DNA from: Pelagomonas calceolata
Taxonomy: Eukaryota
DNA length: 64,000 nt
Reading direction: 5' to 3'
Assembly (NCBI GenBank): GCA_918797485.1
Contig: CAKKNE010000001.1
Span: 5,208,001 to 5,272,000, forward strand
Every line of letters starts with the position of its first letter. Position 1 is the stretch's first letter. A program made the position numbers and the translations under genes. Positions 19,228 through 29,500 of this stretch are shown here, one piece after another. The notes under the pieces were generated by a model that was not told where the DNA came from, did no database searches, and saw only the letters and a program-made list of their open reading frames with translations.

Positions 19228-19541
19228 GCAATACGAACGAACACGTTTTACCCCAGACTCGGACGAGCTTGGGCCGGTGGCGAGTGGCCGTTGAGCCCTT
19301 CGCCGGTGTCGGCTTCTGTATCGCGGCGCCGCGGGCGCGATGGTAGGTAAAGGTCCACACACTCGCACCACCGAGTCCGCACGATCTACACGGACACCCC
19401 AGACGCCCCCAATAGGTTCGCGCCGGGCGAGAAGCGGAGAGGATTCTTGCAAACCCGCAGAGCTCCGAGGAAGCTTCCAAGATCGAAACAGACAGAGGCT
19501 GCCCCAAAAGCACTGCATACTAAAGACACACACGGAGAAAT

Positions 19542-19814
19542 ATGGGCAACGTCGCTGCCCGACAGGCCTCGCGCTCCATCTACCACGATCCGTCGATCAG
19601 ACGAGCGCTCTAGCAGCGCCAGTTCGCGACGGCGCAGAAGAAACAGGCGCCAAACCCCCAGCTCCGCGTCGCGCTCCAGGCACGCTACGGCGAGCTCGCG
19701 CTCCAGAAGAAGCCCCAAGACAGCGGCAAGGTGCGCCAACTCGTCGCGAGCACCGGCGCCGCGTACCGCGCGCCGGCGTGCGACCCCTGGGCGCGCGGCC
19801 AGCTCTTCCGATGA
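19542..19814 (+). pseudogene. 90-codon coding-like frame interrupted by one TAG (19611-19613); its stop overlaps the next ATG
   Basis: MGNVAARQASRSIYHDPSIRRAL*QRQFATAQKKQAPNPQLRVALQARYGELALQKK…GQLFR-TGA; codons mostly end in G/C. Confidence 0.4.
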
Positions 19815-20392
19815 TCCTCGCGCTTTGCACGTCTACCATAGCCTTCGCGCCGCCGCCGAGACGCGGTCCGCGTCTAGCGCCGCTCGCGTACGGCCGGCGC
19901 GGCGACGCGGATCACGACCGGTGGCGGTCGACCGCCGACGCCTTGACGGCGTGGCGCGGCGACGAGGCGACCGTAGCCAAGTTCTGGCGCATCGACTGCG
20001 ACGACGCCGGGTTCACGTGGGAGCGGCGCTGGCCGGGTCGCAAGTCCCAAATCGAGGACGTGACCTGGGATCGGATCACGCGCGTCTGCTGGGAGTGCGG
20101 CGAGTGGTTGATGATGGACAACTTTTATCTCATTGCTGACCATGAAGACAGGGAGTGGGCCGTGCCGTCGGGGGCGCTCAATTATCAGCGCCTGGTGGAC
20201 GCGCTCGATCGAAAGGGCATTTTCCCCACCAAGACGTACGTCGACTGCCAGGGCGTCGCCGACGGGGGGCGTTACGATCTGCGAGGCGAATGCCAACGCC
20301 AGGGCGCCGAGCGCGGACCTGTCGTACGTCGACGCGCAGAAGGGCCGCCTTCAAGAAGCGTGCCCAGGATAGACAAGCATAAGGAGGATTAA
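19811..20392 (+). CDS. Hypothetical protein with bipartite plastid-targeting-like leader; possible frameshift at G6 run 20264-20269
   Basis: MILALCTSTIA-FAPPP (ASAFAP-like). An alternative C-terminus GGVTICEAN…EACPG*(20372) in a shifted frame looks more coding-like. Confidence 0.6.
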   Translation: MILALCTSTIAFAPPPRRGPRLAPLAYGRRGDADHDRWRSTADALTAWRGDEATVAKFWRIDCDDAGFTWERRWPGRKSQIEDVTWDRITRVCWECGEWLMMDNFYLIADHEDREWAVPSGALNYQRLVDALDRKGIFPTKTYVDCQGVADGGRYDLRGECQRQGAERGPVVRRRAEGPPSRSVPRIDKHKED

Positions 20393-20561
20393 ACTTACAC
20401 AAGCTACCTCGCCGCGTCGTGTTCCGTCGGACGTCGAAAGCATAGTATGTGTGCGACGCTCTCGATGCGCGGCGGACCGTCTTCACGCCATCGAGCAGGC
20501 ACCGGCGCCGAGCGAGGGCGCAGAAGGATAGACACGCATAAGGAGAAGTAAACTTAAACAA
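20366..20561 (+). repeat. Imperfect direct repeat of the gene 3' end, separated by an introner-motif spacer
   Basis: aggatagacaagcataaggaggattaaacttacacaa (20366) vs aggatagacacgcataaggagaagtaaacttaaacaa (20525); CACGCCATCGAGCAG at 20484. Confidence 0.7.
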
Positions 20562-20563
20562 AA

Positions 20564-21322
20564 CTATGCATTATTGTGGTGCACCGTGAACGTCTCCGTG
20601 GCGCTGCACGTGATCGTGAACGGGTTTTCCGCGTTCTGCTCAATACATTTGTCGACGCAGGCGCGGCCGTCAGACCCCTCCTCGAAGAAGGACTTGAAGA
20701 GGGTAGGAGCTTCGATCATCGCGGCGGTGACCGGATCCGAGCACGTCGCCAGGTCCGGCCGCTGGTCCTTGACCATGGTCTCCACGCACGACTCGGCGCA
20801 CGCGATGTCGGGCCAGGGCATGGTCTCGGCGTTCTGCATCGCCGTGCAGGATACCGAAGGGTCGTAGAAGAACTGCTCCGCGAGGCACAAATCGGGATCC
20901 CTCATACAGTCGTTCAGCGCATCATCATACCCGTCCAGCATGTTCTGGATCCGTTTTGACAAAGGATCTTGTGTCCGATACAACTCCTCCGGGAACTGGC
21001 CCCGATCCAACAGCACGGCGCCCGCGGCCGGCGTCACCTCGGCCGCGTACCCCATGAGGTACTGGACCCACTCGATGAAGGTCGACCGCCCATCACTCAT
21101 GTTGCAGTCCTCGGTCATGCGGTCGTCCAACTCGTCCTCGCGGATGTGGAGCGCCGCCGCGGCATTTGATTCATTGACGACCGTTCCCCCTTGGTTCACG
21201 AGGGCCCGCGACACCATGAGGCCCGCGCCGGCGCAGACGGCGGCCCTTCGTAATCGCCGGCGCCAGTTTATTTGTTGCGGGATCTCTTGCTTGGGCACGG
21301 CGCCATAGGTCGGCAGGGCCAT
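20564..21322 (-). CDS. Type II membrane Cys-rich hypothetical protein
   Basis: 252-aa ATG ORF; TYGAV, basic patch, hydrophobic segment, then acidic Cys-rich region. Confidence 0.7.
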   Translation of the reverse strand: MALPTYGAVPKQEIPQQINWRRRLRRAAVCAGAGLMVSRALVNQGGTVVNESNAAAALHIREDELDDRMTEDCNMSDGRSTFIEWVQYLMGYAAEVTPAAGAVLLDRGQFPEELYRTQDPLSKRIQNMLDGYDDALNDCMRDPDLCLAEQFFYDPSVSCTAMQNAETMPWPDIACAESCVETMVKDQRPDLATCSDPVTAAMIEAPTLFKSFFEEGSDGRACVDKCIEQNAENPFTITCSATETFTVHHNNA

Positions 21323-21984
21323 GGCTCTGTGTTTTGCTCGTGCGTCGAGCGCGCGGCTGCCCCGACGGTCGACGGGTGGCCTCGAGGTTTCGATGGGCTC
21401 GCCTGCTTGCGCGGCGGCGGCGTCGAGGCGGCCTGCGGGGCAGCGCCCTCGATCGATGCGCCCTGCCCTGAAAACAGGGAAACATAAGCCTGTGCGGGCG
21501 CGGACGCGCGGCAGCCCTCTCCTCCCGCGCGCACGCGTGGGAGCAGCCTTCGCTCGTGCGCCGGGGCTGCCAAGGAAACGCAGCGGTGGGCTGGTACCTT
21601 GCTCGCGGCGGCCGCGGCCGCCGCGCCCACAAACCCACCGAGCCTCAGCGTTCCCTGCGACGCTTCTGTTGCTTCGGCTGTCCCACGTTGGGTTTCACAC
21701 GCCGAGCGTGCGAGGAGCGTGCGTGGCGTCACTTTGATGTGCAGTAGGGGGGTCCTTCTTTTTGCTTTTTTGCTTAAGCAGCGACAACTTTGCACCTCGT
21801 AATCGTGCCGTGTTGCAAATCCAACCACGTGAGCTCGCCAGCGTGTGAAGCTATCACATATACGTCGCACGCGAACGTTTTTCGCAGCTCTTTTGGCGCG
21901 GTATCGCGATTGCTGCACTTTCTTCTTCGCCGCCTTGCAGCACGCGCACGGCACGGTTACGTTGATCGCGCAGGCCCAGAAAAG

Positions 21985-23175
21985 ATGTTACTCCTCCGCC
22001 GCGCCTCGCGCCAGGCCCTCGCGCAGCGCCGCGCGCTCTCCGCCGCGCCGATCACGTCCGCCGAGCCCGCCGTGAAACCGGCGCGGCCCGAGTTCTCGAG
22101 CGGCCCCTGCGCGAAGCGGCCCGGCTGGTCGCCCGCGGTCTACGAGAGCGCCGCGACGGGCCGGAGCCACCGTTCGGCAATCGGCAAGGCCAAACTCAAG
22201 GAGGCGATCGAGACGACGCGCCAAGTGCTGAACATCCCCTCAGATTATAAAATAGCCGTCGTGCCGGCCTCGGACACGGGCGCCATCGAGATGGCCATGT
22301 GGTCTATGTTAGGGGAGCGGCCCGTCGACATGTGCCACTGGGAGAGCTTCGGCAAGGGTTGGTTGGGTGATGTTACTTCTCAGCTCAAGCTCGACAACGT
22401 CACGGAGATCACGGCGGGGTATGGGGAATTGCCCGACCTCTCACAGACGAACAAGGACCACGACGTCGTCTTCACGTTCAACGGCACTACCAGTGGTGTC
22501 CGCGTCCCTGATTTGAATTGGATCGCCGACGATAGAACGGGCTTAACCTTCAACGACGCGACGAGCGCCGTCTTCGCCATGGACATCGACTGGAGCAAGG
22601 TCGACGTCACGACCTACAGCTGGCAGAAGGTCATGGGCGGCGAAGGGGCCCACGGCATGCTCATTTTGTCGCCTCGAGCCGTCGAGCGCCTGGAATCGTT
22701 CACGCCAAGCAACAGACCCTTACCGAAGATTTTCAGGATGACGAAGAAGGGCAAGTTGGACGAGGCCCTCTTCACCGGCGCCACCATCAACACGCCGTCG
22801 ATGGTCTGCGTCGAAGATTACCTCGATGCGCTCCAGTGGGCCCAGGCCCAGGGCGGGTTGAATGGATTGATTAAGCGGTCCGAGGCGAACTTGGAGGCGG
22901 TCACGAAGTGGGTCAATAACACAGAATGGGCCCATTTTTTGGCCAAGGACGTCAGTACAAGGTCGTCGACGTCCGTCTGCCTGACGCTCGACACGGACCC
23001 GGCCAACGTCAAGGCCATGGTCAAGATGCTGGAAGAGGCCGACGTGGCCTACGACATCGGCGCTTATAGGGACGCGCCCGCGGGTCTGAGAATCTGGTGC
23101 GGCGCGACCGTCAACACCGAGGACCTCGAGGCGCTCTTCCCCTGGATCGAGCACGCCTTCGCGGAGTGCTCCTAG
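21985..23175 (+). CDS. serC: Phosphoserine aminotransferase (Methanosarcina/alphaproteobacterial-type SerC) with mitochondrial-type presequence
   Basis: [60 protein letters not shown] (PLP Lys), [10 protein letters not shown]; Arg-rich leader [19 protein letters not shown]. Confidence 0.93.
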   Translation: MLLLRRASRQALAQRRALSAAPITSAEPAVKPARPEFSSGPCAKRPGWSPAVYESAATGRSHRSAIGKAKLKEAIETTRQVLNIPSDYKIAVVPASDTGAIEMAMWSMLGERPVDMCHWESFGKGWLGDVTSQLKLDNVTEITAGYGELPDLSQTNKDHDVVFTFNGTTSGVRVPDLNWIADDRTGLTFNDATSAVFAMDIDWSKVDVTTYSWQKVMGGEGAHGMLILSPRAVERLESFTPSNRPLPKIFRMTKKGKLDEALFTGATINTPSMVCVEDYLDALQWAQAQGGLNGLIKRSEANLEAVTKWVNNTEWAHFLAKDVSTRSSTSVCLTLDTDPANVKAMVKMLEEADVAYDIGAYRDAPAGLRIWCGATVNTEDLEALFPWIEHAFAECS

Positions 23176-23270
23176 GTCCGTCGACCAACCTACCCCATCG
23201 GCCCCATCGCATCGGCGACGTCAACCATTTCCTGCCCTAAGTCGTGTTCAAAGTTTTCGCCTTCTCTCTA

Positions 23271-23321
23271 TTGTTACGGTGCTAGGACTAGTGGGCGGAG
23301 TCCCTGGGGGGAGACGCCGCG
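23271..23321 (+). repeat. Dispersed 3'-flanking element, copy 2
   Basis: ttgttacggtgctaggactagtgggcggag, identical to the reverse complement of 16374-16403. Confidence 0.85.
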
Positions 23322-23351
23322 CGTCGCCGATTCATCGGCGGCGGGCGGGGC

Positions 23352-23370
23352 CTAGTGCCGGTTGCGCTAG
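23352..23370 (+). promoter_or_regulatory. Degenerate CTAG-bounded motif
   Basis: ctagtgccggttgcgctag, about 160 bp upstream of ATG 23530. Confidence 0.4.
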
Positions 23371-23529
23371 TGTTTGGTCATGACCCGGCCGCATATGGCC
23401 GCGGGGTGAGGCAGGGCGGTCCGGACCTGCGCGCGCGGGGGGCGGCTGCCCAAGCGCGCGTCCGGGTGCCCCGGAGGAGGAACCAGCGGCACCGGGCGTT
23501 TACGCCTCGGAGCAGCCCCGCGCAAGCAA

Positions 23530-26500
23530 ATGGCGCGCCTTGCCTTGCTTTGGGCGGCCGTCATGCCGACAGTCGGTGGACACGCCACTGGACAGACGCC
23601 ACTGGCGAAGGGGCAGGCGCGGGCCAGGGGTTCGCGCCGCCTCGAAGGGTATTCAGCGCGCCGGCTCGCAGACGAGGACGAGGACGGCGACGAGGACGGC
23701 GACGACTACGATTACTGGGAAGCACTCTGCCCGGAATGCGGCGACGAGCACAACTGCGCGGCGGCGGCGGAATGCCATGGGTGGTGCTGTAGTACGTGGG
23801 GCGAGTGCTGCAGCGAGGACGAGGACGAGGACGGCGACGAGGACGGCGACGAGGACGACTGCACCCCGGGTTGGGGGGCGATTGAATGCCTCGACGACGG
23901 GACCCTTATGGCCTCGACTGCTGAGGGATGCAGCTCGTGCGACGACTGCGAAATGTACGACTTGACGGCCGCGACGGGCGGCCGATACACCTGCGAGCCG
24001 GGTACGAATACCTACTATGTCGACGAAGACCTCGACGGCAATGTCGACGTCGAGGGGCCGTTCGGCGAGTGCTGGTACGATGACTGCGACGACGACGACG
24101 ACGACGAGGACGACGACGGCGACGAGGACGAGGACGACGATGCCATGGCGGCGTGCCTCAGGTGCGTGAACGAAGAATGCGCGGGCAACGAGGCGCACTC
24201 GGAGATCTGCAGCGACTGTTTGGGGGAAGATTGCGACGAGTGCCGCGACGCCATCGGGGACAGCGAGCTCGCAGCGTTCGTGAGCGGCGGCTGCGACTTC
24301 GACGACGGCTCGGAGGTAGGTAACTGGTTCCGGGACGAGGCTTGCGGGTCCCTGCGCGGCTGCTGTCCGATCACGAGGGAATTTTGCACGAACGACCCCT
24401 ATCTCCCGGACAACTGCAATTGCGATTGGTGTGGTTACCCCGCTTGTGGTGATTGCGACTGCGATGTCTACGGCGACGACCACTGCTGCACGGGCAGCTT
24501 CGGCTACGAGGACGAGGACGGTGACGAGGACGACGAGGAATGCGACATCGAGACGTCCGGCGACCTCAATTCCTCTCCAAGCGGCACGACGAACCATGGC
24601 GCCGGGAAGGGGTGGTGCTACAGCGCTCTGGACGACCTCGTGGGCTGCACGGTGTCGCCGGGCGATTGCTGGGCGATGTGTGATTTTTTTTTCCCCCCGG
24701 ACGAGTACAACGACGGCGTGGTGGCCATCGACTGGAATAAGGGCGGGTGCTACTGCCAGAACGAGTGCCAGTGCATGGAGGACGTCGGCGACGACGAAGG
24801 CTACCTCATCACGCGCGATGGAACGGCGTTACCCCAGGAGTGCGAAGGCGACGAGGACGAGGACGGGGACGAAGACGAGGACGAGGACGGGGACGAAGAC
24901 GAGGACGCGGACGAAGACGAGGGCTGCACCCCGGGCTGGCACTCCGTGAAGTGCCTCGACGACGGGACGGTGATGCGCGGCGAGGGCTGCGCCTCGTGCG
25001 GCGACTGCGCGATGTACAACTACACGGCGGCCACTGGCGGCCGAGCCACCTGCGAGTTGCACGGCCCCAATGGTTCGTACTCGTACTCGTACAGCTATGA
25101 CCAGAGCCGCACGGCGACCTACTACTTCCTACACGGCCCCGATGGTTCGTACTCGTACTCGTACAGCTATGACCAGAGCCGCACGGCGACCTACTACTTC
25201 GACGGCGTCGAGCAGGCGGTGGAGGAATGTGGGTACGAAGACTGCCTGTTCGTCGAAAATATCGCGTGCGGTGAGACTAGATATGAGTCCACAGCCAATG
25301 CAGCGCACTGGCTCTCGGGCAACGACGCGCCCGACCACTTCTATTTGATCACGCCCTCCGAGACGGCCTACTACCACTTCTCGACGTGCGGCTCCGACTA
25401 CGACACCTATCTTTACCTCTACGACGTCGTCGACTACGAGGCGGACACCTGCCTCCGATCGCCCGCGCCGCACGCTGGCGAAGTGGAGCTCATCGGCGAG
25501 TGGGACGACGACGGCGAGAACGTTTGCCGTGCACTCGACGGTCGCGAGGAGCGCGAGGACGTCTGGACCTCCCAGCCGCTCCAGGCCGGCGAAACGTACG
25601 TGCTTCAGGTCACCGGCTACTCAGACAGGGAGGACTGTGACACCGACCACGCGCGCGACGCGGGCGCGGCGGGCAACTACGCGCTTGCCGTCGACTGCAG
25701 TCCGCATCCTCCTTGCCAGGATCTCATGTGCTCGGGTCAGAGATGCATCTGTGGCAGGTTCGGTTGTGACATGGACGAGTGTTGCCTCGAGGACGACGAC
25801 GGGAACAATCGCGGCTGCTGCAACCCGAGCTTCTGCGACGACGGCGGCGCGGACGTGCGCGGCCAGACGATCCAATGCAACGACGACCACAGCGGCTGGA
25901 CGACGTGCCGTGTACCCCAGGATTCCGGCGAGGCGTTTCCGGAGTACTTCGAGGACGAGGACGAGGACGAGGACGGCGACGAGGACGAGGACGGCGACGA
26001 GGACGGCGACGAGGACGAGGACGAGGACGACGACTGCCGCCCGGGGCACAGAATGTCCGAGTGCCCTCCCGACTGCAGCCCGGGCTGGCAGACGTACGAG
26101 TGCCGCGACGACGGGACCCTGATGCACGGGAACGGGTGCGCCTCGTGCGAGGATTGCGAAGCCTTCGACCATACGGCGGCGACAGGCGGCCGATTGACCT
26201 GTGAGCCAGGCACGTCGCCCATCGTCTATTATTACGACGAGGACCTCGACGGCACCCCCGAGGACATGGGGGAGGTCGGCGAATGCCAGCACACCGACTG
26301 CTCGGAGGCCGAGAACGAGGACGAGGACGAAATCTACGACGTCTCCTACTTGTTCTCGTACTCGTTCTCGTTCTCGTACTCGTTCGAGACGATGGACCGC
26401 TGCCTCGCGTGCGTGAACGCTGAGTGCCAAGGCGACGAGCCGTACTCGGAGATCTGCAGCGACTGTTTGGGGGAAGACTGCGACGAGTGCCGCGACGCCA

Positions 26501-29500
26501 TTGGGGAGAGCGAGCTCACAGCGTTCGTGAGCGGCGGCTGCGACTTCGACGACGGCTCGGACATCGGTCGCTGGTTCCGGGACGAGGGCTGCGGGTCCCT
26601 GCGCGGCTGCTGTCCGATCACGAGGGAATTTTGCATGAACGACCCCTATCTCCCGGACAATTGCAATTGTGGGGATTGTGGTTTTCCTGCTTGTGGTGAC
26701 TGCGACTGCGATGCCCACGGCGACGGCGAGTGCTGCAATCGCGAATATCTCGGCGACGAAGACGAGGATTGGGACGAGGACGAGGACGAAGACGAGCGCC
26801 GCTACGAGCCCTGCGACTCGAACGACGACTGCGAGGGCGAGTGCAAGTTCTGCTACGTCGATGAGGAGGGCGAGGGGCATTGCGAGCTGTGCTATTACCT
26901 CTGGCGGTGCAACATGATCTCCTGGCACGACGATTGCGACGAGTTCCACGAGGGCACGTGCGCCGATCATCTCGATCAGAATGAAGAGCTCGAGGCCCGG
27001 CAGAATTGCGAGGCCGTCTGCGAGACGGGGGGCGCGCAGACGTGCACGACGAGCTACTACCGCTCCGACGACGAGGTCGCCAGCAAGGAGGTCGCGCGCG
27101 AGTACTGCGGCGCCGACGGCCTCGCGCGCATCGACGCGGCCGAAGAGAACGTCAACGCGCTGAGCCAGTGCGACATGGCCATGTGCTGGCTCGACCTGCA
27201 GGAGGTCACGCACTGTGTGGAAATCAACCAGTGCGTCGGATGCAGTTCTTCACCAAGTCATTTCCCGGCGATGACGCGGCCGTCCTGGCTCGGTCGAGCG
27301 GTGAGGAACCGGCATCGCCACGCCATCGAGCAGGCGTCGCGTCGATGGCGTGGAGGTCGACGCGGCGATTCAGCAAGAACGTGCCGTAAAACTTTGATTT
27401 CCACACAGGTCACGCACGACGGGGCCTGGGTCTGGTCCGACGGCTCGGCGCCCAGTTACGAAAACTGGAACAACCAGTACGACCAGCCCGACGACGGTTA
27501 CGGCCCGGAGGCCGACGCGATCATGAATGCCGGCGACGTCGAGGTCTACGACGGGACCTGGTTCGACGCCCAAAACGGTGACTGGGCCCACGCGCTCTGC
27601 AACAACAACCAGGCGGACTGCGCCGACGACATCTACCTAGCGCCGTACATGACGGGCTGCCCGGAGGGCTACGATTTCCCGGCGACCGAGGGAGCCTGCC
27701 AACGAGCCGCGGACCTCAGCTCGGGCTACGAGTACGGCGGCGCCGAAGGGCCCTACGGCGGACCCGACGACCTCGCCGACAATCACCCGCCCTGCTTACA
27801 TCGAGAGAGCTGGGATGGAGATGAGGAAGAACTTTGCTGGACGCGGCCCGCGCGGGGCTACTGCCCCCAGGTTAGCGAGCAGTGGGGCGACCTCGGCGCC
27901 GTCTGCGTCCGCGTGGGCGGCTGTTTTGAGACGATGGGGTGCCAGGGCGGCACGCCGCGGCCCACCATCACGCCAGCCCCGACGCCCTCGCCGGCGTCGT
28001 GCACGGTGCGCGCCTACGAGTCCGTCGGCTGCGACTGCGACCCCAAGAGCACGTGCGAGGGAGGCATGCACGACGGCTCCGATGAAGCCTGCTGTGGCAC
28101 GAACGGTGGATACTGCGGCGTCGAGTGGCGCGGCACGGACGGCGCAGAGTGGATCGACATCCACGACGACGCCTGCAGCGGCACTGACTTCTTCCGCGTC
28201 TCGCCGGGCTGTGGCATCGAGGTGAAAACCGAGTGGGGCGAGGCTTATACGTACAACGAAGGGTCCGTGCTCGTTTGCGGCTACGAGTGCGAGTGTCGTG
28301 CCACGCCGGGCTGCGATACCGTGCGCTATCTGCGTATATTCGCAACCGGGCCTTCTTCCTATGACCAGGGCGACGAGGACGAGTGCGAGGGGGAATACGA
28401 CGACGACTGGCTGGACTGGGACGAGGACGAGGACGAGGAATGCGACATCGAGACGTCCGGCGACCGCAGCTCCTCGCCAAGCGGCACGACGAATCACGGC
28501 GCCGGGAATGGGTGGTGCTACAGCGACCTGGACGAACACGTGGGCTGCGCGGCGTCGCCAGGTGACTGCTGGGCGATGTGTGAGGACGAGTACGGCGACG
28601 GCGTGGTGGCCATCGACTGGGACGAGGAAGACGGCGGCAGCTGCTACTGCCAGAACGAGTGCGAGTGCATGGAGGACGTCGGCGACATCGGAAGCTACCT
28701 CATCACGCGCGACTCGAGGGTCGGCGCGCTGCCGCACGAGTGTGGCCCCGACGAGGGCGAGGATGGCGACGAGGACGAGGACGACGACGAGGACTGGATG
28801 TGGGACGGCGGCTGCCGCCCGGACTACTGCACATCCTGGGGTGAGGACTGCTGCGCCTCGATGGATTGGGGCGAACCGGCGACATGCGCGAACGGCTACA
28901 CTCCGATGCCGTCAAACCCGTCCGAGGACGACTGTGAATACACGTGCTGCCCGGTTGATATCGGCACCGTGACCCTCTACGAGGACAAGAGCCGCGGCGC
29001 GGGATGCGACGCGCTCGACTATAGCGGCAATGTCGTGGACGCGGACTCCGCGGACCACTGCTGCCAGGATGAGGACTATTGTTGCTTCTTCGGGGCGTGC
29101 GCGTCGGATTCGGACTATTGCGGCTACCGGTTTCACTGCCCGGAAGTCCTCGTTACCGGCGACCTCACCTTCGAAGGCATCACGTACGAAGCGGCGCAGG
29201 ACAACACCGACGTCTTTGTCGCCGCCGTCGCCGATCTCTGCGGCGTGGCCGCGTCCGCCGTGACCGTGGAAATCTCCAAGGCCCGCCGCCGTCGCCTTGC
29301 GGAGGGAATCGTGGTGACGTACACCGTGGGCGTCGCGACCGCGAACGAGGCTCAAACGGTCACGAGCGCGATTTCGAGCAGCTCGACAGCAGACGTCGAC
29401 GCCGCAATCAGCAAAGCCGCGACGGACGCGGGCGTCGACGACGATTTCGACGGCGTCACGACGACCAACGTGGGTACGCCCACGACTTGCGACCCTTCGT

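Noticed and set aside
16374..23300. Composite transposon bounded by the 30-bp inverted pair
   Set aside because: No transposase and no TSD seen, and the cargo is housekeeping genes. Retained only as a dispersed element.
23671..28790. GACGAG(GAC/GGC) repeat blocks with unique spacers, superficially array-like
   Set aside because: In-frame Asp/Glu linkers of variable length in a eukaryotic CDS. Not CRISPR, and no cas genes are present.
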